NCBI GenBank assembly: GCA_905478165.1
Contig: CAJQHK010000017.1
Span: forward strand, 1 to 59,949
DNA: 59,949 nt
Source of the DNA: an uncultured Rickettsiales bacterium
GTDB taxonomy: Bacteria > Pseudomonadota > Alphaproteobacteria > Rickettsiales > UBA1997
Direction of reading: 5' to 3'
Part shown: piece after piece, positions 54,455 through 59,949 of the stretch
How the letters are laid out: each line of letters opens with the position of its first letter
Position numbering within the stretch: the stretch's first letter is position 1
Made by a program: the position numbers and the translations under genes
Notes under the pieces: generated by a model
The model's input: the letters and a program-made list of their open reading frames with translations, nothing else
What the model was told of the DNA's origin: nothing
The model's database searches: none

Positions 54455-55318
54455 ATGAAAAATAATTTCAGGTTAGGTTTTTCTCTTTTGGAGGTTTCAG
54501 TTGTTTTACTAATTATTGGCATTTTATTGGCCTCCGTTAGTGCTGGCAAGAGCATGATTAGAACTTCTAAAATAACTTCTTCTCAATCCTTGACTGCTAG
54601 TTCTCCAGTTTCTGCTGTAGAGGGTTTAGCCATTTGGTTAGAACCGGTATCGGTTGCCAGTTTATCACCAGATGACACTTACGATTCTCAAGGTATTGGT
54701 GGTGGCTGGCAAAATCTGAGTAATTATTTTGCGCCGACTAATTTTGACGTTACCGGCCCTGCTTATAATGAGTCTTCGATTAATGGATTACCTTCTGTTA
54801 CTTTTGATAGTAACGATATTGTTGATATTCAATCTTCCTTACAACATATAACTGGAACGAATTTTTCAATATTTATTGTTGAAGAGAGAAACAGTGATAC
54901 TGGAATTTTAATTAATTCTGACCATATGGTTGCCAAATATGCTACTAATTATTTTAAAATAGAAAAAGATGGTGTTCCGGTGGTTAATGTTGTTGATGTT
55001 CCTACTGGTCCGGCTATTAATTACATCTCTTTTGCTTCCTCTGCGACAGGATCCGCTCCTAAGGGTCTTACATATTATAGGAATAAAGGGGTGTTTTTTA
55101 ATTCTTCTAATGCTCAAGATATAACCGCGACCGACCTTAGTGCTGATTATGAAGGTATTTCTTCCTCAAATTATGCTACATTAGGAAGTGTTAGTGGAGG
55201 TTTTGTGGGAGACATTTCTGAGTTAATAGTATATAATAATTCCTTAACTATAGTTGAGCTTAATGAGATTCTTAATTATTTAAGTTCAAAATATAGAATA
55301 AATCTTGAAAGAGAGTAA
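54455..55318 (+). CDS. Type IV prepilin-like protein with LamG/ConA-like domain (paralogue)
   Basis: KNNFRLG|FSLLE; LAIWLE, SINGLPSVTF, GDISELIVYNNSL..E..I.NYLSSKY. Confidence 0.85.
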   Translation: MKNNFRLGFSLLEVSVVLLIIGILLASVSAGKSMIRTSKITSSQSLTASSPVSAVEGLAIWLEPVSVASLSPDDTYDSQGIGGGWQNLSNYFAPTNFDVTGPAYNESSINGLPSVTFDSNDIVDIQSSLQHITGTNFSIFIVEERNSDTGILINSDHMVAKYATNYFKIEKDGVPVVNVVDVPTGPAINYISFASSATGSAPKGLTYYRNKGVFFNSSNAQDITATDLSADYEGISSSNYATLGSVSGGFVGDISELIVYNNSLTIVELNEILNYLSSKYRINLERE

Positions 55319-55321
55319 ATA

Positions 55322-56647
55322 TTGACTACGATATTTGCTAATTTAGGATATTCTTTACACACTAAATCCTCTCTAGTTCTTTTTAGGTTATCTGGACAGA
55401 ACTCCCTATCTTCATTAAAATTTTTTGGAATCAAGGTTGAGCTACAGAATCGTGTCTCAACTTTTTGCAACATTATTGATATTCAGAATGGCTCTATTAT
55501 AGATCAGGCTTTGATCACTTATTTTAGGTCTCCAAACAGTTACACAGGTCAGGATGTAATTGAAATTTCTTGTCACCCATCACTTTTTATTGTTAACAAA
55601 ATAACTGATATTCTTTTAAAGATAGAAGGATTTAGATATGCGAAGGAGGGGGAATTTACAAAATTAGCACTTTTAAATAATAAAATTGATTTAATTCAGG
55701 CTGAAGCTGTGTTAGATGTCATTAATTCTAAGACAAAATCTCAGCATAAGCAGGCCATGATGCAGCTAACGGGTGAACATAGTTCGGTCTACCAGGAGTG
55801 GAGACAAAGAATTGTCAATATTGTTGCTAATTTTGAGTCTGTAATTGATTTTCCGGATGAAGATCTTCCTGCCGAAGTTATTCGTAGTGCAGAGAAAGAG
55901 GTGAAATATTTAATTAGCAAAATATCTGGACAATTAAAAAATAACATTGGCCAAAAGATTAAAAGCGGTATCTCTATAGTTATTCTGGGAGATCCTAATG
56001 TTGGTAAGTCAACATTAATGAACTTTCTTAACCAGAAAGATATTTCTATTGTTTCTGATGTTGCCGGTACTACAAGAGACATAATTCAGTCGCATTTGGA
56101 TATTGCAGGATATGAAGTAGTTATATCAGATACTGCGGGAATTAGAGAGTCATTTAATCCTATTGAAATTGAGGGTATAAAAAGAGCTGTTAATAAGTCA
56201 AAAGAGGCTGATATTAAGATTATTATCCTGGATTCATCTAATTTAAACTCTAGTAATTTAGAGTTTTATGATAAAAATACTATTCTGATAATTAATAAGA
56301 TTGATTTAGGAAATCCTAAACTAAACTCTGAATTATCTAAAAAAGATCCGATTTTAATTTCTTTAGAGCAAAGTATTAATCTGGATCAAATTTTTATTAA
56401 AATAGAGGAAAAGATAAAAAATATTGTTGGTAACTTTAGTGATGAATCTTTAATTACTAACGGTAGACACAGAAACTCTTTAGAGCAAATTTTATATAAT
56501 CTACAACAAATTCTATTTTCTGAAAATATAGAAATTACAGCTGAAAAATTAAGACTAGTTGTTAATCATATTGGGCAAATTACAGGTGAGGTAGGAGTGG
56601 ATGATATTTTAGATGTAATATTTTCAAAATTTTGTATTGGTAAATAG
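55322..56647 (+). CDS. mnmE: tRNA modification GTPase MnmE
   Basis: SPNSYTGQD, GEFT, GDPNVGKS, AGTTRD, DTAGIR, NKID, C-terminal FCIGK; TTG start. Confidence 0.96.
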   Translation: MTTIFANLGYSLHTKSSLVLFRLSGQNSLSSLKFFGIKVELQNRVSTFCNIIDIQNGSIIDQALITYFRSPNSYTGQDVIEISCHPSLFIVNKITDILLKIEGFRYAKEGEFTKLALLNNKIDLIQAEAVLDVINSKTKSQHKQAMMQLTGEHSSVYQEWRQRIVNIVANFESVIDFPDEDLPAEVIRSAEKEVKYLISKISGQLKNNIGQKIKSGISIVILGDPNVGKSTLMNFLNQKDISIVSDVAGTTRDIIQSHLDIAGYEVVISDTAGIRESFNPIEIEGIKRAVNKSKEADIKIIILDSSNLNSSNLEFYDKNTILIINKIDLGNPKLNSELSKKDPILISLEQSINLDQIFIKIEEKIKNIVGNFSDESLITNGRHRNSLEQILYNLQQILFSENIEITAEKLRLVVNHIGQITGEVGVDDILDVIFSKFCIGK

Positions 56648-56685
56648 TATTTATATCAGAATGCACAATATATTCTGATTAAACT

Positions 56686-57370
56686 GAGAACGTCCAATCT
56701 TCTGTGTCAATTTAAGCTAATTTAAAATAAGCGTCAGCTTATTTTAACTTAGTAAATTATTATTAATTTAAATTGACACTTTTATGACTCAAAAAATCAA
56801 TTATCAGATTCTTTCAAACGCTCTGCAATAGAAAAAATCTACCAAGGAAAGCCTTTAGCCGGGAAAAATAGCGTCTTTAGCGACATGATTAAAGAGATCC
56901 TTGAAGCAGCTTTAAGTGAAGAGTTAAGTCAACATTTAGATCAAGAGAAGAAAGGATCTGAGCAGGAGTTTAGTAATGATTTTGATAATCGTCGCAATAG
57001 CTACAATTCCAAAACTCTAAAAACTAGAGAATCAGCTTTTACCCTTGATGCTCCTCGTGATAGAAATGGCTTTTTTGAGTCAGAAATTATCAGAAAAGGT
57101 CAAACGGTTTTAACAGACGAGTTGGATAGTAAGATAATTGCTCTTTATGGTCTTGGAATGGGCTATCGAGACATCAACTCTCATATGGAAAAAATTTATG
57201 GAATAGAAATTTCTAAATCTAGTATTGCTGCCATCACAGATAAAATATTATCAAAAATAAAATAATGGCAAAATAGACCCTTAGATGAGATTTGTCCAAT
57301 AATATTTCTTGATGCTATACATTTTAAATGTAGCGAGAACAATGCTGTTGTAAGTAAAGCGTTTTATACC
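56686..57370 (+). mobile_element. Truncated IS256-family element (transposase pseudogene)
   Basis: Candidate left end GAGAACGTCCAATCTTCTGTGT; frameshift after ATG 56784; GKPLAGK..F..MIKEILEAAL, PRDRNG.F, IIALYGLGM; in-frame TAA at 57263, then WQNRPLDE..IIFLDAIHFK...SKAFYT, where similarity stops. Confidence 0.9.
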
Positions 57371-57429
57371 AATTCCCATCTTTAAAATCTGTCTTAACTT
57401 GTATATTTTAAAGATGGGAATTGGTATAA
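57364..57429. repeat. Perfect 25-bp inverted repeat (palindromic element; may also terminate pabB)
   Basis: TTATACCAATTCCCATCTTTAAAAT-16 nt-ATTTTAAAGATGGGAATTGGTATAA. Confidence 0.9.
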
Positions 57430-57441
57430 CTCGGTAAATCC

Positions 57442-58731
57442 TTATTTTATTTCTAACAATTCCATTATTCCTTTATTTTTATCTTTTGATTCTTGCAGCT
57501 CCTTCTCTGGGTCTGAATTGTAGGTAATTGCTCCGCCAGATTGAAACTCAAACTTATCTTCAAAAATAATTAATGTTCTGATAACTACCGATAGTTTACA
57601 GATATTCTTGTTTACTAATCCAATTGCACCAGCATAAACTCCTCTTTCCATCTTCTCTAATTCATCACAAACTTCTATAGATTTAATTTTGGGCGCGCCA
57701 GTCATTGATCCTGGTGGAAAGCAACCCTTTATAATATCAATTACATTTCTGTCAGGAAGTTTTTTACCTATTATTTCTGATACCATGTGATAAATTTTTT
57801 TAAAAGATAATATTTTAAATAAATTCTTAACTTCTACTGAGTTATTTTGACAATTCTTTGATAAATCATTACGGACTAAATCAACTATCATGAGGTTTTC
57901 AGCCCTTTCTTTATCGCTATTTTGTAAGTATTCCAAATTTTTTTGATCCTCCATTTTATTTTTCGATCTTGGGGAGGTGCCTTTAATTGGCGATGATTTT
58001 ACTTTATTATAATCAATATCTAAAAATAATTCAGGAGAAGAGGATATGATATGTAGGTCTTCAAATTTTAAGAACGAACTATAATTTCCAGGACTAATTT
58101 GCATCAATGATTTAAATATATCAAAATAATTTTTTCTTTCTTTTATTTTTCCAAAAAATTTACGAGTTAAGTTGGCTTGATAAACATCACCATTTTTAAT
58201 CCTATTTTGAATAGCGTTTATTTTTCTTAAGTATTCTTGGTCATTAAAGTTGCTATCTAAATTAATAATTCTTAATTTTTTTTGATCTAAATTAATATTT
58301 TTATCAATATTTTTTATAAAATTATGAAATTTATCTTTTAAATCTTCTGAAAATTTGCAAATAATTTCTTTTTTATCATGATTAAATTCTAAATTAAAAT
58401 GAAATGATGAAAAATATAATTTATCAATCTTGATATAATTTTTATTAATTTCCTTAAAACGTTCTATATTATTTTTTAGTTCATAAGATAGGTAGCCAAA
58501 ATATTTCTCTTCTTCATTATTTAGAATTTTTTTTTCAATTTCGCTAAAGTTATCTGACTTAATGAGTTCTTTAGTGTAAAACGACAAATATGATTTAGAG
58601 TTTTTATTTTCATGGTTAATTGCTGAATATAAGAAAACAAAATTATCGGAGAATTTTTTGTCATAAGATACGTTGTCGGCAACGATAATAGGGTTAATCC
58701 ACTTTATTTTTATTGTTATTATTTTATTCAT
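57442..58731 (-). CDS. pabB: Aminodeoxychorismate synthase component I (PabB/TrpE family)
   Basis: GDVYQANLT, SSSPELFL, SPIKGT.PR, KERAENLMIVDLVRNDL, FPPGSMTGAPK; PIKGT favours PabB; ATG 58731 overlaps the yggS stop. Confidence 0.85.
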   Translation of the reverse strand: MNKIITIKIKWINPIIVADNVSYDKKFSDNFVFLYSAINHENKNSKSYLSFYTKELIKSDNFSEIEKKILNNEEEKYFGYLSYELKNNIERFKEINKNYIKIDKLYFSSFHFNLEFNHDKKEIICKFSEDLKDKFHNFIKNIDKNINLDQKKLRIINLDSNFNDQEYLRKINAIQNRIKNGDVYQANLTRKFFGKIKERKNYFDIFKSLMQISPGNYSSFLKFEDLHIISSSPELFLDIDYNKVKSSPIKGTSPRSKNKMEDQKNLEYLQNSDKERAENLMIVDLVRNDLSKNCQNNSVEVKNLFKILSFKKIYHMVSEIIGKKLPDRNVIDIIKGCFPPGSMTGAPKIKSIEVCDELEKMERGVYAGAIGLVNKNICKLSVVIRTLIIFEDKFEFQSGGAITYNSDPEKELQESKDKNKGIMELLEIK

Positions 58732-59380
58732 CCCTTGGTCCAAAAATTGCAGACCCAACTCTAATAAAGTTTGCTCCATTTTTAATAGCGCATTCAAAAT
58801 CCGAGCTCATTCCCATTGAGATATTTTGTAAATTATGTTTTTTAGCTAAATTATGAGTCTCTATAAAGTATTTTTTAGAATCTTTATTTTTTGGAGCAAT
58901 AGACATGAGGCCACAAATATTTAATTTTGGAAAACTTTCTAATTCATGTAAGAAATTGTCTAAATTATTCGCATCTATGCCACTCTTTTGCAATTCTTTT
59001 CCAATATTTATTTGAATAAATATTTCAGGAAACTTATTTTGCTTAATCATTTCCAACTCTAATATTTTTGCTAATTTTATAGAATCTAGGGTTTGTATAG
59101 TGTCGAATATAGTAACAGCATCTTTGGCCTTGTTTGACTGTAAGTGTCCAACTAGATGCAGCTTTATGTTGAGGTTTTCTCTTTTTAAAGATTGCCATTT
59201 TAACTTTGCTTCTTGCACTTTATTTTCTCCAAAAATACTATGTCCGGCATTTATCGCTTGTTGAATTTTTTCTTTAGGAAAATATTTAGATATAGCAATT
59301 AAACTTACATCTTGTCCAGATTTTTTACATAGCTTTATTTTATTTTCTATTTCTTTGATGTTTTTCTTTATTGAAGACAC
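58724..59380 (-). CDS. yggS: YggS/PLP homeostasis protein
   Basis: LIAISK, FGENKVQE, HLVGHLQSNK, GLMSI, SMGMSSDF, RVGSAIFG. Confidence 0.96.
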   Translation of the reverse strand: MSSIKKNIKEIENKIKLCKKSGQDVSLIAISKYFPKEKIQQAINAGHSIFGENKVQEAKLKWQSLKRENLNIKLHLVGHLQSNKAKDAVTIFDTIQTLDSIKLAKILELEMIKQNKFPEIFIQINIGKELQKSGIDANNLDNFLHELESFPKLNICGLMSIAPKNKDSKKYFIETHNLAKKHNLQNISMGMSSDFECAIKNGANFIRVGSAIFGPRDE

Positions 59381-59715
59381 GATTTTTATTTTTTAGAGTA
59401 ATTTTTCTTGCTAAGAAATATTAGATATTTTATATTAATTTTTTTATGTTGGAAGTAATAAGTTTGTTATAACTTAAAATATCACAAATTAACTATTCAA
59501 TCTTAAGGCTTTCCCTAAGAATCTAGGGTGACTAAAAAGGAAGGGATAGTAAGAAATACAATTAATTATCTTTCTTCCTTAAGAAATCCTTAAAAAAAGA
59601 TTGGTATTTTTATTTTTTAGGTTTTACAATCAGCCGGCTTACTGTAATATTAATTACCTGAAGTAATTGTTTTAGTTATTTCTGGTAGTTAATATTTATA
59701 AATTTTTAAAATTAT

Positions 59716-59949
59716 ATGAATAAAGAAACTTTTAATCGTAACAAGCCTCACGTTAATATTGGAACCATTGGTCACGTTGATCATGGCAAAACAACTCTTA
59801 CTGCTGCTATCACTCATTACCTATCTAACTCTGGTTTAGCAGAAAAAAGAAATTATGATGATATTGATGGCGCTCCAGAAGAAAAAGAAAGGGGTATTAC
59901 TATTAACACTGCTCACGTAGAGTATGAAACAGGAAAAAGACACTACGCT
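59716..59949 (+). CDS. tuf: Elongation factor Tu (partial, runs off window)
   Basis: Hand translation [33 protein letters not shown]...[25 protein letters not shown]. Confidence 0.97.
   Translation, partial: MNKETFNRNKPHVNIGTIGHVDHGKTTLTAAITHYLSNSGLAEKRNYDDIDGAPEEKERGITINTAHVEYETGKRHYA

Noticed and set aside
56885-57265. 126-aa ORF as a functional gene
   Set aside because: Internal fragment of the IS256 transposase pseudogene, bounded by a frameshift and a premature stop.

Overview
Very AT-rich alphaproteobacterial chromosome segment. NrdB, ferredoxin and the 68-aa/alpha-beta hydrolase pair look Rickettsiales-like (recognition from memory, not a search). The window opens in the 3' end of a 23S rRNA followed by 5S rRNA and closes in the 5' end of tuf. 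Between them lie about 55 mostly housekeeping CDSs and one tRNA-Glu. The CDSs cover lipid A, peptidoglycan, Tol, MEP isoprenoid, Leu/Ile, shikimate, Pro, folate, biotin, pantothenate/CoA, ATP synthase beta/epsilon, gyrB and repair genes. Gene order is heavily shuffled, with many genes detached from their usual operon partners. Accessory content: a decayed, internally deleted IS30-family element; a truncated IS256-family element; a dispersed palindromic repeat family (ATACCAATT...AATTGGTAT ends); two tandem type IV pilin-like proteins with LamG/ConA-like bodies; a secreted protein with two 8-Cys repeats coupled to tolQ; and a degenerate RmuC-like protein in an operon with zapE and an LpoA-like lipoprotein. 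No CRISPR array, prophage or recognisable defence system was seen. I cannot demonstrate a wholly new system; the strongest leads are listed as findings.
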